DNA of 64,000 nucleotides from Clostridia bacterium (GTDB taxonomy: Bacteria > Bacillota > Clostridia > TANB77 > CAG-508), in assembly GCA_017512025.1 (NCBI GenBank), contig JAFWHH010000007.1:9155-73154 (forward strand). Direction: 5' to 3'. Position 1 is the first letter of the stretch; every line of letters starts with the position of its first letter. Under the pieces are notes generated by a model that saw only the letters and a list, made by a program, of their open reading frames with translations, did not search any database and was not told the origin of the DNA. Both the position numbers and the translations under genes were made by a program. Of the stretch, positions 18,285 to 28,205 are shown piece after piece.

Positions 18285-18770
18285 TTACATATCCAAAAAT
18301 GAACTAATATGTACTGTTGAATAATTTGATTTTTTCATTATTTCATTTAATACTTCTGTTGAATCATCTATCATTATTATTTTTTCATCTTTTATATCTG
18401 GATATTTATTTTTTATTTTTGATAATACTTCTACTTTTTCTTTATTACTTGATACAGTATAGAAATTTTCTTCTGGAATTCCATAATATTTTTTTGCAAA
18501 TACTTTTTTAAATTCTCCTTCTCTATCACCATATACCATTGTTATTACATGCATTCTACTTAAATCTTTATCTCGGATAAATTTTAGCATTGTTTTGCTA
18601 ACTTTATCTTCACCAAATTCTATCACTTTTTCTTTGCATGCTTTTTTCCAATCATCATCTATTAAACCAAAATGATTGTGCTCTCCCCATTCCATAATTG
18701 CAAGAACACCGTCAATATCAAATGCCATAACACTTTCATTATCGTTTAGAAGCTCTTTTATTTTTGCCAT
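18285..18770 (-). CDS. HAD-superfamily phosphatase-like protein
   Basis: The DxDxV motif MAFDIDGVLA and a late IMIDDS motif fit HAD motifs I and IV. Confidence 0.55.
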   Translation of the reverse strand: MAKIKELLNDNESVMAFDIDGVLAIMEWGEHNHFGLIDDDWKKACKEKVIEFGEDKVSKTMLKFIRDKDLSRMHVITMVYGDREGEFKKVFAKKYYGIPEENFYTVSSNKEKVEVLSKIKNKYPDIKDEKIIMIDDSTEVLNEIMKKSNYSTVHISSFLDM

Positions 18771-18780
18771 AAATATTCCC

Positions 18781-19611
18781 CTACTTTTTTAGCTCTAATC
18801 TTGTTAATATGACACCTGTTTCTTTTTTGAATTTATTCTCAATATATGTCATATTTTCAGTTGTACATAAATCCCATTCGATTAAATAACGATATAGTCT
18901 TGTTAGTATTACAACTAAATCTTCTAAATTACTTGCTAATTTATATTTATTATTTGTTTTTGTTGTGCTCTTTTCATTAAAAATATAATTATATAATACA
19001 TCTTTTAAGAATACAGCATCATTTGCTTTAGTAAACATCTTTAGATTTGCAAGCATATCTTCTCCGAATCTAACTTCAGACCCCTCATTACCAATACTAT
19101 CAATTAAAGATTTTTTTACACAATCCATTCCAAGAGCATTTAATCTATAGCTATCGATAAACATTGGATAAACTAATTCTCTAAAATCTTTTTTCTCAAC
19201 ATATTTTTCTTGCTCATCGAAATATTGATCTTGTACAGTATTCATTGGTAACATTTGATATCTGAATCTAATAATATCTGGATGATTATATTTTTCTATT
19301 GTTTCAATTACTCTTGAAACTGTATTTGGATTGTAGCTATCATCTGAATCCAAAAACATTATATATTCACCAGATGCTTCACTTATTGCTTTATATCTAG
19401 CTGCATTTTGTCCTTGATTTTCTTGAGTGAAAACTCTAATGTTATCATACTTTGCTTCATATTCTCTACATACTTCTAATGTATTGTCTGTAGATCCATC
19501 ATTAACAATAACGATTTCCACTGAATCATTATTTATTGATTCAATACTCCTTCTAATATTAATTTCTTCGTTATACACAGGTATAACAACACTTATCAAT
19601 CTTTCACTCAT
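18781..19611 (-). CDS. Family 2 glycosyltransferase
   Basis: VVIPVYNEE...IVNDGSTDNT...FLDSDD are GT2 hallmarks. Confidence 0.85.
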   Translation of the reverse strand: MSERLISVVIPVYNEEINIRRSIESINNDSVEIVIVNDGSTDNTLEVCREYEAKYDNIRVFTQENQGQNAARYKAISEASGEYIMFLDSDDSYNPNTVSRVIETIEKYNHPDIIRFRYQMLPMNTVQDQYFDEQEKYVEKKDFRELVYPMFIDSYRLNALGMDCVKKSLIDSIGNEGSEVRFGEDMLANLKMFTKANDAVFLKDVLYNYIFNEKSTTKTNNKYKLASNLEDLVVILTRLYRYLIEWDLCTTENMTYIENKFKKETGVILTRLELKK

Positions 19612-19623
19612 AGGCTTTCCTCC

Positions 19624-20352
19624 TTATAAACTTTGTCCCATATCAAGAACTATATTTTGTCCAACAATTGCCTTCATTCTATATACTAAAGAATATATAG
19701 CATCAGCAACATCTGTTGGTCTTACAAACTCTTTAAGTGGTAACTTGCTTTTCTTTGATTCAAAATATTCATTTCCCTCAATTACATCTGTACTATGTGG
19801 AACTGTTCCAAGAGAAATTGTATTTATTCTTATACCTTGGTTTCCAAGTTCATTTGTTACAGCTTTCATAAATCCATATAATCCTGCTTTAGCACCACTA
19901 TATGCTGGAAGTCCATAATTTGATATCGCATTTATTGATGAAATCATAACAATATTTTTTACAGCATCTTCCTTTTCTAATAAACCTAAAAATATTTTTA
20001 TTAGATATATATGTGAGTTTAAATTAAGCTTAATTGATTTGTCAATATCCTCTATTGTTATCGTTTCTAAACCACCAATTTCACTTTTCATGTTTATTCC
20101 AGCCATACTTATTAAATTATCAATTTTTTTAAATTTTTTCTCTATTTTTTTCTTAGCAATCATTATATCATCTGGATTTGTTATATCAGCTTTCAAGAAT
20201 GAATATTTCTCATCACTTGTTATGTTTTCATCTGTAATTTTATTAATATCAACGACAATTACTCTGTCACCTTTTCTTAAAAACTTTCTTACTACACTTC
20301 TTCCTATTCCGCCGCTTCCGCCTGCTATTACTGTTATATTTTCTTCTTTCAT
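19624..20352 (-). CDS. Short-chain dehydrogenase/reductase
   Basis: GGSGGIGRS cofactor motif and YSGAK catalytic motif. Confidence 0.85.
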   Translation of the reverse strand: MKEENITVIAGGSGGIGRSVVRKFLRKGDRVIVVDINKITDENITSDEKYSFLKADITNPDDIMIAKKKIEKKFKKIDNLISMAGINMKSEIGGLETITIEDIDKSIKLNLNSHIYLIKIFLGLLEKEDAVKNIVMISSINAISNYGLPAYSGAKAGLYGFMKAVTNELGNQGIRINTISLGTVPHSTDVIEGNEYFESKKSKLPLKEFVRPTDVADAIYSLVYRMKAIVGQNIVLDMGQSL

Positions 20353-20419
20353 TTTCTTCTCCTATACTTAAAATTTATTCTTTGCTTAAGCTTTAACTAT
20401 AGTACCTCTCTACTTCATA

Positions 20420-21376
20420 TTAATCTATCAAAATACATGATGGTGCATTCATACTGCTCTTATACATATATTTTAATTTTCCGTTAAATTTGTTTCTTTC
20501 AAATATGCACACATCATCTGATGAAGCATTCGCTACAATAACATATTTGCCGTCTTTATCGACTTTAATATCCCACGGCAGCTCACCTTCAGAACTAATA
20601 TTTTGTATTAGTTTTAGAACTCCATTAGTATTTTTGAAAACACTAATACTGTTGTGCTCTCTTATTGTGGCATAAATATATTTACCATCTTTTGATATAT
20701 CAATTGCACAACCTGTATATGTATTTTTCATTTCTTCCTCTTCTGGGAGGAGCTCTCTAGATTCGACAATACTTAAATCATCATTATCAAATTTTAATGT
20801 ATATAATTTACAACTTTTTTCTGTAATTACAAAAATTACATTTTTATAAAAACATAAATGTCTTGGTTGAATGTCTTCTCCTAAATCAATTTTCGAAATA
20901 GAATTAATTTTATATTTTATTCCAAATACTTCTATGCATCCGGTTCCCAAATCAACAGAATATAAGTTTTTATTATATTCTTTCATAAAATGTGTATGCG
21001 ATTTTTTTGCATCTTGTACTTCATTAAAAATTAATTTACCGATTGTTCCATCAGGTTTAACTTCATATATTTGTTTATAACCATCTTTATAGTGAGATAC
21101 AAAAATATATTTTCCATCATCACTAATTGATATATGACATGGACATGATTTTTTTGTTTTTACTTTTTTTATTTCTTCACTTTCAATATTATATGAAAAA
21201 ATCTCTCCATCAACATTCTCAATAACACCATAAATCATATTATCTTTTTTGCATAAATAAGTACATTTTTCTATATCACACAGATTGCCAAGAGCAACTA
21301 AAGAGCCATTCATCAGCTTATAGTGATATATTCCATTACATGAACTATTTCCAATATAAACATTTTGGCTCTTCAT
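20420..21376 (-). CDS. Lactonase-like 7-bladed beta-propeller protein
   Basis: Repeated DGKY(I/V)(F/Y/I)V... blades resemble the 6-phosphogluconolactonase/cycloisomerase 2 family. Confidence 0.6.
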   Translation of the reverse strand: MKSQNVYIGNSSCNGIYHYKLMNGSLVALGNLCDIEKCTYLCKKDNMIYGVIENVDGEIFSYNIESEEIKKVKTKKSCPCHISISDDGKYIFVSHYKDGYKQIYEVKPDGTIGKLIFNEVQDAKKSHTHFMKEYNKNLYSVDLGTGCIEVFGIKYKINSISKIDLGEDIQPRHLCFYKNVIFVITEKSCKLYTLKFDNDDLSIVESRELLPEEEEMKNTYTGCAIDISKDGKYIYATIREHNSISVFKNTNGVLKLIQNISSEGELPWDIKVDKDGKYVIVANASSDDVCIFERNKFNGKLKYMYKSSMNAPSCILID

Positions 21377-21459
21377 ATTAACTCCTCCAATCGCATTATA
21401 ATCCTTAGCATTTTAACACATTTTGGTGCTGTTTTCAATATATTTTGACCCCTCTTAAA

Positions 21460-21490
21460 ACAAAAAAGAATTATGCATATGCACAATTCT
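21460..21490 (-). terminator. Intrinsic terminator after the CBM-like gene
   Basis: agaattatgca/tgcacaattct hairpin with a T-run on the minus strand. Confidence 0.6.
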
Positions 21491-21506
21491 TTCATCTTAA
21501 ATGAGA

Positions 21507-21980
21507 TTACTCATTATTATCATTATTAGCGTTCTCTGTATTCTTTGAGAATATCTTTGAAAAATAGCTTACAAGATTGCTAAATGTTTTCTTAAATAAC
21601 TCTCCCCATGATGGTGTTTTGTACACTGCCAAAGGTGCATCTTCTGCTTGTTTTTCAACTTCAATATCTTCTTCTTCAATCTCTTGTTTTTCAATAGCAA
21701 ATTGATAATTTTGTCCACCATTATTATCCCATTCATTATTTGCATTTTTAAAACAGAAATTTAATTTTGTATCTTCTATTATATTAACATTAGCTTGGAA
21801 TCCAAGTTCAGTCTTGTCCATTGCTATGTCTTGTGCGTTATTCCAATCATCTCCGAATCCTAGGTGAATTATTACTTCACTTGATCCATTTTGAAATAAT
21901 GCTCCCGCATATGTTATTTTAATTTCAGTATTTTCAACTATTTTATCAGTGTTGAAAAATATATTTTTTACTAGTTCCAT
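21507..21980 (-). CDS. Cytoplasmic starch/glycogen-binding-module-like protein (CBM25/CBM53-like) with a C-terminal amphipathic helix
   Basis: HLGFGDDWNNAQDIAM...FCFKNANNEWDNNGGQNYQF matches the W...W...WDNN.G.NY pattern of starch-binding modules. No signal peptide. Confidence 0.5.
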   Translation of the reverse strand: MELVKNIFFNTDKIVENTEIKITYAGALFQNGSSEVIIHLGFGDDWNNAQDIAMDKTELGFQANVNIIEDTKLNFCFKNANNEWDNNGGQNYQFAIEKQEIEEEDIEVEKQAEDAPLAVYKTPSWGELFKKTFSNLVSYFSKIFSKNTENANNDNNE

Positions 21981-22205
21981 ATCAATCTCCCCTTGTTTTA
22001 TCTTTTGTTATAAAAATTATATATTTAATATTTTTAATTATCAAGTACTTTTAATTATTTTTTTACATAATTAATATAAATAATTTATAATGCTTATTTT
22101 TTCGGCTTTTTTTAGTATCGAAAATTTACTTTTTTATTTATACAATTGAAAAATAATACATTTTATGATACCTTATATTAGAATTTAATAAAAGGAGATA
22201 CTGAA

Positions 22206-23471
22206 ATGAAAAATAAAAAACCTTTCAATATTAAGAAATATTTTTATTTAGCACTAATCGTATTCTTTATTATTTTGGTTGCTTCAAATTTTACAAAGCT
22301 TCCAACCAATATGGGATTTATAAAAAATAATAATAATCAAGCAAGTGCTGAAGAAGAAGCCCCTGTACCAGATATAACAATTAATATGGCAGTAATCGGA
22401 GATATTATGTGTCATGGTCCGAACTACCAAGATGCATATGATTCATCAACTGGTACATATGATTTTTCACATTTTTTCACTCAAATAAAATCTTATATTT
22501 CTGATGCTGATATTGCTATCGGAAATCTTGAGACAACATTTGCTGGAGGAAATAAAGCTTATAGTGGATATCCAACATTTAACTCTCCACCAGAGCTAGC
22601 ACAAGCAGTCAAAGACATGGGAGTAGACGTTTTAACAACATCAAATAACCATAGTATGGATACAGGATATAACGGATTAATTAATACAATTGATACGTTA
22701 GATGAACTTGGTTTTGCACATACAGGAACATTTAAATCACAAGAAGATAAAGATTCAATTTTAATAAAAGATGTTAATGGAGTTAAAATTGCTTTCCTAT
22801 CTTATACATATGGAACAAACGGTATTCCAGTTCCAAGTGGAAAAGAATATTGTATCAATTTAATTGACAAAACATTAATAAAAGAACATCTTGAAAAGGC
22901 AAAAGAATTAGAACCTGACTTAATTTGTGTAAGTATGCACTGGGGTGTTGAATATAGAACTAAACAAAACTCTGAACAAGAAGCTTTAGCTGATTTCTTA
23001 TTCGAAAATGGAGCAGATATTATTTTAGGAAGCCACCCACATGTTCTTGAGCCAATGGAAAAAAGAACAATTGAACTTGAAGATGGAACAACTAAAGAAG
23101 GATTTTTAATTTATTCACTTGGTAATTTCTGTTCAGCACAAAAAGATAAATATACAAAAGATTCTATAATATTAAATCTTCAAATCACAAAACATGCTGA
23201 TGGAAAAGTTACATTAGATTCATATAATTATACGCCAATATACATGCAAGATAATGGCTCTGGAACAAAAGATAGATATCAAATTGTTGATTTAAATAAG
23301 AGCATTAAAGAATATGAAGATGGCAATTCAGATATAACAAAAAATTGGTACAATACATATGTAACTGAGTTAAAAAATATAACAGGTATTATGGGTGAAG
23401 ATGCAAATAAAGTATCAAATATTCAAGGAGACTATAAAGTCTCCTTTATTTTTTTATCTAAATATTTATAA
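22206..23471 (+). CDS. CapA-family metallophosphatase-like protein (membrane anchored)
   Basis: N-terminal TM, then VIGDIMCH...GNLET...SNNHSMD...HWGVEY...GSHPH, the CapA/PGA_cap motifs. Confidence 0.8.
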   Translation: MKNKKPFNIKKYFYLALIVFFIILVASNFTKLPTNMGFIKNNNNQASAEEEAPVPDITINMAVIGDIMCHGPNYQDAYDSSTGTYDFSHFFTQIKSYISDADIAIGNLETTFAGGNKAYSGYPTFNSPPELAQAVKDMGVDVLTTSNNHSMDTGYNGLINTIDTLDELGFAHTGTFKSQEDKDSILIKDVNGVKIAFLSYTYGTNGIPVPSGKEYCINLIDKTLIKEHLEKAKELEPDLICVSMHWGVEYRTKQNSEQEALADFLFENGADIILGSHPHVLEPMEKRTIELEDGTTKEGFLIYSLGNFCSAQKDKYTKDSIILNLQITKHADGKVTLDSYNYTPIYMQDNGSGTKDRYQIVDLNKSIKEYEDGNSDITKNWYNTYVTELKNITGIMGEDANKVSNIQGDYKVSFIFLSKYL

Positions 23472-23810
23472 TCCAAAACTTACACCTAGCGCACTATTAA
23501 TTTTGCTCATAACATTTTCGTCATCAACATGCCCTATTTTTTCTTTTAGTCTACATTTATCTATCGTTCTTATTTGTTCTGCAAGCACAATTGAATTTGA
23601 TTTTAATCCACTATTTTGTGAATCAATTTCAATATGTGTTGGTAATTTACTTTTCCCTCTTTGTGATGTAATAGCCGCTGCAATAACCGTTGGACTATGC
23701 ATATTTCCTATATCATTTTGTATAATAAGAACTGGTCTTACTCCTCCCTGTTCAGATCCAACCACAGGACTTAAATCTGCATAAAACATATCTCCTCTTT
23801 TGATTACCAT
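23466..23810 (-). CDS. mazF: MazF/EndoA-type mRNA interferase toxin
   Basis: MVIKRGDMFYADLSPVVGSEQGGVRPVLIIQNDIGN...KLPTHIEID...EQIRTIDK is near-colinear with B. subtilis EndoA. Start at ATG 23810 after GGGAGTG. Confidence 0.9.
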   Translation of the reverse strand: MVIKRGDMFYADLSPVVGSEQGGVRPVLIIQNDIGNMHSPTVIAAAITSQRGKSKLPTHIEIDSQNSGLKSNSIVLAEQIRTIDKCRLKEKIGHVDDENVMSKINSALGVSFGL

Positions 23811-23861
23811 ATTAATCACTCCCGATGTATTAATTAAAAGTGCTCGTATATTTTAAGAAAA

Positions 23862-24473
23862 TTATTCATTAATAATTATCTCTTTATATAATATGTATAT
23901 TTTATTTTTTTGGTTATTATCTTGTACAATCATTCTTTTTGGATTTCCACTTTTTCTATCAATAAATAATTTAATATTTGAAAAATATTTATTATTTTTA
24001 TTATTTAATTCCATAATAATTTCATCATTTAATTCATAAATTTTCGAACTATTTTTTTCATTTTTATATAAATTTATAAATGAATTTAGCCATAAAATAT
24101 TTTCGGAAATATATGGATATTCATTATAAATTTGGCTTAAATTCAAATTAGAATTTTTAACTTCAACCTTACCTTCATTTTCAATAATTTCAACACCTTT
24201 AATAGTTTCTGGTTCTTCAATTATTTGTATATTTTTATCATTATTATGCTCTTGTTTAATTAAATATTTATTTTCATTTTTATTACTTGTTACTGTAACT
24301 TCCATTGTCGTTTTATATGAACTAATATTTAAAATATACTCTTCTATTTTTTCAACACTTTTGTTATTTTTATTATTTCCAAATTGAATTTTTTTATAAT
24401 TATTTTTAACAAAAATTAATATAAAAATAATAACAAAAATAAACAAAAAAACTAATAAAAATCTTTTTTTCAT
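23862..24473 (-). CDS. Membrane-anchored hypothetical protein (possibly LolA-like fold)
   Basis: N-terminal TM and an Asn/Lys-rich body. The fold assignment is a guess. Confidence 0.35.
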   Translation of the reverse strand: MKKRFLLVFLFIFVIIFILIFVKNNYKKIQFGNNKNNKSVEKIEEYILNISSYKTTMEVTVTSNKNENKYLIKQEHNNDKNIQIIEEPETIKGVEIIENEGKVEVKNSNLNLSQIYNEYPYISENILWLNSFINLYKNEKNSSKIYELNDEIIMELNNKNNKYFSNIKLFIDRKSGNPKRMIVQDNNQKNKIYILYKEIIINE

Positions 24474-24495
24474 AAATAAAAAATCTCCTAAATAA

Positions 24496-24528
24496 AATAA
24501 AAAAAGAATAGATAAAATCTATTCTTTT
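24496..24528 (-). terminator. Intrinsic terminator after dusB
   Basis: agaatagat-aaa-atctattct hairpin with a T-run on the minus strand. Confidence 0.7.
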
Positions 24529-24537
24529 CATTTATAT

Positions 24538-25506
24538 TCATATTGAATTAAAGTATTCTGTTAATGTTTTTATTAATTCATCTTTATCTGTTATTTGATT
24601 AATATAATCTCTAACCTTGCTTGCATCCTTCGTATTTTTTATATACCAACTTATATGTTTTCTCATTTCTACAACTGCTACTCGCTCTGGTTTATCTTCA
24701 AGCATATAATTTAAATGCTCTAAAATAATGTCAAGTTTTTCCTGATTTGAAATTGAGAATTCTTTTCCATTTAATTCATCTTCTATTTGTTTGAATATCC
24801 ATGGATTACCAAGAGTTCCTCTTCCAATCATAATTCCATCGACATGAGTTTCGTCAAACATTCTTTTCACATCTTCTGCACTTTTAACATCACCGTTACC
24901 GATAACTGGAATACTAACACTTTCTTTTACTTTTCTTATAATATCCCAATCAGCAGTTCCCGAATAAAATTCTGATCTTGTTCTACCATGAATTGTTATT
25001 GCAGATGCTCCAGCTTCTTCGCAAATCTTTGCCATCTCAACAGCAACTATATTATTAACGTCCCAACCTTTTCTGAATTTTACTGTTACTGGAACTGTTG
25101 CTCTTTTAACAACCTCTTCGATAATTGCTCTTGCTTTTTCTAAATCTAAAAGAAGTTTACTTCCATCTCCATTTTTAACAACTTTTGGAGCAGGACATCC
25201 CATATTAATATCAATTATGTCAGCATATTTTGAAACATATTCTGCCGCATATCCCATTGACTCAACATCACTTCCAAATATCTGAACGGCAATTGGTCTT
25301 TTCTCATCTTTCATGTTTAAAAGTTGCTCTGTTTTTTTATCATCATAATATAATCCTTTTGCGCTAATCATTTCTGTACAGACTAATCCTGGATTATATT
25401 TTTCACAAATTAGTCTAAATGCTCTATCCGTAATTCCAGCAAGTGGAGCAAGCAAAATATTATTATTTAATTCTACATTTCCAATTTTTAATTTTTTTAA
25501 ATACAT
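24538..25506 (-). CDS. dusB: tRNA-dihydrouridine synthase
   Basis: LAPLAGITDRAFR...DINMGCP...HGRTR are Dus motifs. Confidence 0.9.
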   Translation of the reverse strand: MYLKKLKIGNVELNNNILLAPLAGITDRAFRLICEKYNPGLVCTEMISAKGLYYDDKKTEQLLNMKDEKRPIAVQIFGSDVESMGYAAEYVSKYADIIDINMGCPAPKVVKNGDGSKLLLDLEKARAIIEEVVKRATVPVTVKFRKGWDVNNIVAVEMAKICEEAGASAITIHGRTRSEFYSGTADWDIIRKVKESVSIPVIGNGDVKSAEDVKRMFDETHVDGIMIGRGTLGNPWIFKQIEDELNGKEFSISNQEKLDIILEHLNYMLEDKPERVAVVEMRKHISWYIKNTKDASKVRDYINQITDKDELIKTLTEYFNSI

Positions 25507-25524
25507 TTTTACTCCGTTTATTTA

Positions 25525-26631
25525 TTATTCACCAAACATAATTATATTTCTTCTTCCACTTATATTTAGTAATAGTCCAATTAAAATACAATTTGTTAAT
25601 AATGAACTACCACCATAACTTACGAATGGAAGTGGTACACCAGTAATTGGTAATAATCCCATCGTCATACCAATATTTTCAACCATGTGGAATATAAAAA
25701 TCCCAGCAATTCCGGCTGCCATATATGCACCTAAATCATCTTTTGCCGTCTTTGCTATTTTTATTGCTTTCGTTATTAAGAATACATATAAAATAATAAC
25801 TGCTCCTGCAATAAAGAATCCCATTTCTTCTCCAATTGCAGAATAAATAAAGTCTGTTGTTTGTGGGTATAAATATCCAAGTTGCGTTTGTCCACCTTTT
25901 TTAATTCCCATTCCCCAGAATTTTCCGGATCCAATTGCAAGTTTAGATTGTAAAACATTATATCCAGAACCTCTTGGATCTAAATTTGGATTTAAGAATA
26001 CATCAATTCTTGTTTTAGCATGTGCTGGTAAAACAAAGAAATATAATAGTGGAACTATAATAACTACACTTAATATTGCTGTTATTATATATTTTTTATC
26101 TAAACCTGAAACTACTAAAATAATAGCGCTTGCTAAACAAAAAGCAATTGCAGTTCCAAAGTCTGGTTGAATTACAATAAGTAAAACTGGAATTGCAAAA
26201 ACTATAATAACTTTTAATAAGTTAAAAGGTCTATTAATATCTCTTCTATCATTTTTTTGAGTTCTTACTATTGCATTTGATAAGCTTAGTATTACACATA
26301 TTTTTGCAAATTCTGAAGGTTGAAATGATACTGCTCCAATATTATACCAGCTTGTCGCACCATTTATTGGTTTAGTAAACATTACTCCAATCAGTAACAC
26401 AATCATAATTCCGTATAAGATTTTTGAAGCATTCGCAATCGTACTATAATCTATACTAACAATTATACATACAATTGGAATGCTTATTGCAAACCATACG
26501 AGCTGTTTTATGAGCTCATTATAATTAGATGAGCCTGTTACTGAAAAAAGCTCAATACATCCAATAGCAATTAGTATAAGAACACAAATAACAACTGACC
26601 AATCAATGTTTTTTAAAATTCTATTCTTCAT
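25525..26631 (-). CDS. rodA: SEDS-family peptidoglycan polymerase RodA
   Basis: FtsW/RodA/SpoVE family (QPSEFAK, PFVSYGGSS), located downstream of minDE. Confidence 0.85.
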   Translation of the reverse strand: MKNRILKNIDWSVVICVLILIAIGCIELFSVTGSSNYNELIKQLVWFAISIPIVCIIVSIDYSTIANASKILYGIMIVLLIGVMFTKPINGATSWYNIGAVSFQPSEFAKICVILSLSNAIVRTQKNDRRDINRPFNLLKVIIVFAIPVLLIVIQPDFGTAIAFCLASAIILVVSGLDKKYIITAILSVVIIVPLLYFFVLPAHAKTRIDVFLNPNLDPRGSGYNVLQSKLAIGSGKFWGMGIKKGGQTQLGYLYPQTTDFIYSAIGEEMGFFIAGAVIILYVFLITKAIKIAKTAKDDLGAYMAAGIAGIFIFHMVENIGMTMGLLPITGVPLPFVSYGGSSLLTNCILIGLLLNISGRRNIIMFGE

Positions 26632-26654
26632 ACTTTTTTCCTTACTATTATTTA

Positions 26655-27206
26655 TTAAGAATTACTCTCTTGTTTATCTACTGTTTTTCTTGTTTTAGTT
26701 GCAGTTTTTGTAACTGCCTTTACTTTATTTTCTACAGCCTTTTCTTCTTTATTCACTTTTCTAGTTGTATTTGTTGTTCCTGTTTTAGCTGCACGTTTTT
26801 TTACTGTTTCTATTTTTTCTTCATCTTTTTTTACAATTGGTTCTGCTACATTTTCAGTCTTATTATCCACAGATTGTTCACCATTCATTATTCTAATTTT
26901 ATCATTTTTAATAGCGACAATTGGAATATTTGCATATAAGGCTGGTACCCCATTTGAACCGTCTTCGTTTATTTGATTTGTTAGTCTAACATCCATTTTT
27001 TTTTCATCAATGTCAATATATTTTTTTATAACATCGATGATTTCTACTTTCATCATATCCATGAAATCTACAGATACATTTACTCTATCTTGCATTAAAA
27101 CTAAATGTAATCTTTCTTTAGCTGCATCACTTGAAGATGGAAGAAGCTCTGTTTCCTCTTCTTTTTTATTCATCTTCTTGAAAAAATTTATAAGATTATC
27201 TAACAT
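26655..27206 (-). CDS. minE: Cell division topological specificity factor MinE with an approximately 85-aa Lys/Thr-rich C-terminal extension
   Basis: The N-terminal ~95 aa are a typical MinE (AKERLHLVLMQDR...ANIPIVAIK), followed by a basic low-complexity tail. Confidence 0.85.
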   Translation of the reverse strand: MLDNLINFFKKMNKKEEETELLPSSSDAAKERLHLVLMQDRVNVSVDFMDMMKVEIIDVIKKYIDIDEKKMDVRLTNQINEDGSNGVPALYANIPIVAIKNDKIRIMNGEQSVDNKTENVAEPIVKKDEEKIETVKKRAAKTGTTNTTRKVNKEEKAVENKVKAVTKTATKTRKTVDKQESNS

Positions 27207-27242
27207 ATCTTTCCCTCACTTTTGTGTTCACATTTGTAAAAA

Positions 27243-28037
27243 CTATTTTTTCTTAATTGCACCAATTATTCTTGAGAATAAATTTCCATTTCTTCCTGGA
27301 ATAGTAATTTCAATATTCTCTCCCATAATTCTTTGTGCTATTTCCATGTATCCTCTTCCTGATGGTGACTTTTTATTTGACACTGCAGGTTCACCTTTAT
27401 TAGTTTGTGTAATTATGTACTCATCATCTGGAATAACACCAATTAATTCAATTGATAAAAGTTCAACAATATCTTCAATATCCATCATCTCACCTTTTTT
27501 AATCATGTTAGGTCTAATTCTGTTTATGATAAGTTCTGGATTTTTTATTTGTGAAGAATCAAGAAGTCCTATTATTCTATCTGCATCTCTTATAGCTGAT
27601 ATTTCTGCAGTAGTAACAACTAATGCTCTATCTGCACCAGCAATAGCATTTTTAAATCCTTGTTCAATTCCAGCGGGGCAATCAATTAATACATAGTCAA
27701 ATTCCATTTTTAATCTCTTTGTTAAATCAATCATTTGCTCTTCATTAATTGCGCTCTTATCTCTAGTTTGAGCTGCTGGTAATAAGAATAATTCATTAAA
27801 TCTTTTGTCTTTAATTAATGCTTGTCTTAATTTACATCTTTCTTCTACAACATCTACTATGTCATATACTATTCTATTTTCAAGTCCCATAACAACGTCA
27901 AGATTTCTAAGACCAATATCAGTATCAACAAGAGCGACTCTTTTACCTGCAAGAGCCAATGCTGATCCTAAATTAGCCGTTGTAGTTGTCTTTCCTACGC
28001 CACCTTTACCTGATGTTATTACTATAACTTCTCCCAT
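27243..28037 (-). CDS. minD: Septum site-determining ATPase MinD
   Basis: Deviant Walker A TSGKGGVGKTT with full-length MinD similarity. Confidence 0.95.
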   Translation of the reverse strand: MGEVIVITSGKGGVGKTTTTANLGSALALAGKRVALVDTDIGLRNLDVVMGLENRIVYDIVDVVEERCKLRQALIKDKRFNELFLLPAAQTRDKSAINEEQMIDLTKRLKMEFDYVLIDCPAGIEQGFKNAIAGADRALVVTTAEISAIRDADRIIGLLDSSQIKNPELIINRIRPNMIKKGEMMDIEDIVELLSIELIGVIPDDEYIITQTNKGEPAVSNKKSPSGRGYMEIAQRIMGENIEITIPGRNGNLFSRIIGAIKKK

Positions 28038-28091
28038 AATCCTTCCTCCTTGTACATCCTATGGATAAAAAAATCCCAAAATGTCATGGCA

Positions 28092-28120
28092 ATGATATAA
28101 CAAAAGCTCCCTTTTGTCAA
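28092..28120 (-). promoter_or_regulatory. Candidate minD promoter (TTGACA-17nt-TATCAT)
   Basis: Minus strand: TTGACA at 28115-28120 and TATCAT at 28092-28097. Confidence 0.4.
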
Positions 28121-28176
28121 TGGTTTTCACTGATTTTGAAGCACTTTCAAAAAGTCTTTTTTGTTGCCTTTTTATC

Positions 28177-28205
28177 TTGACTTTCCACCCTCTAAATAAT
28201 ATACT
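28177..28205 (+). promoter_or_regulatory. Candidate por operon promoter (TTGACT-17nt-TATACT)
   Basis: TTGACT at 28177-28182 and TATACT at 28200-28205. Confidence 0.6.
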
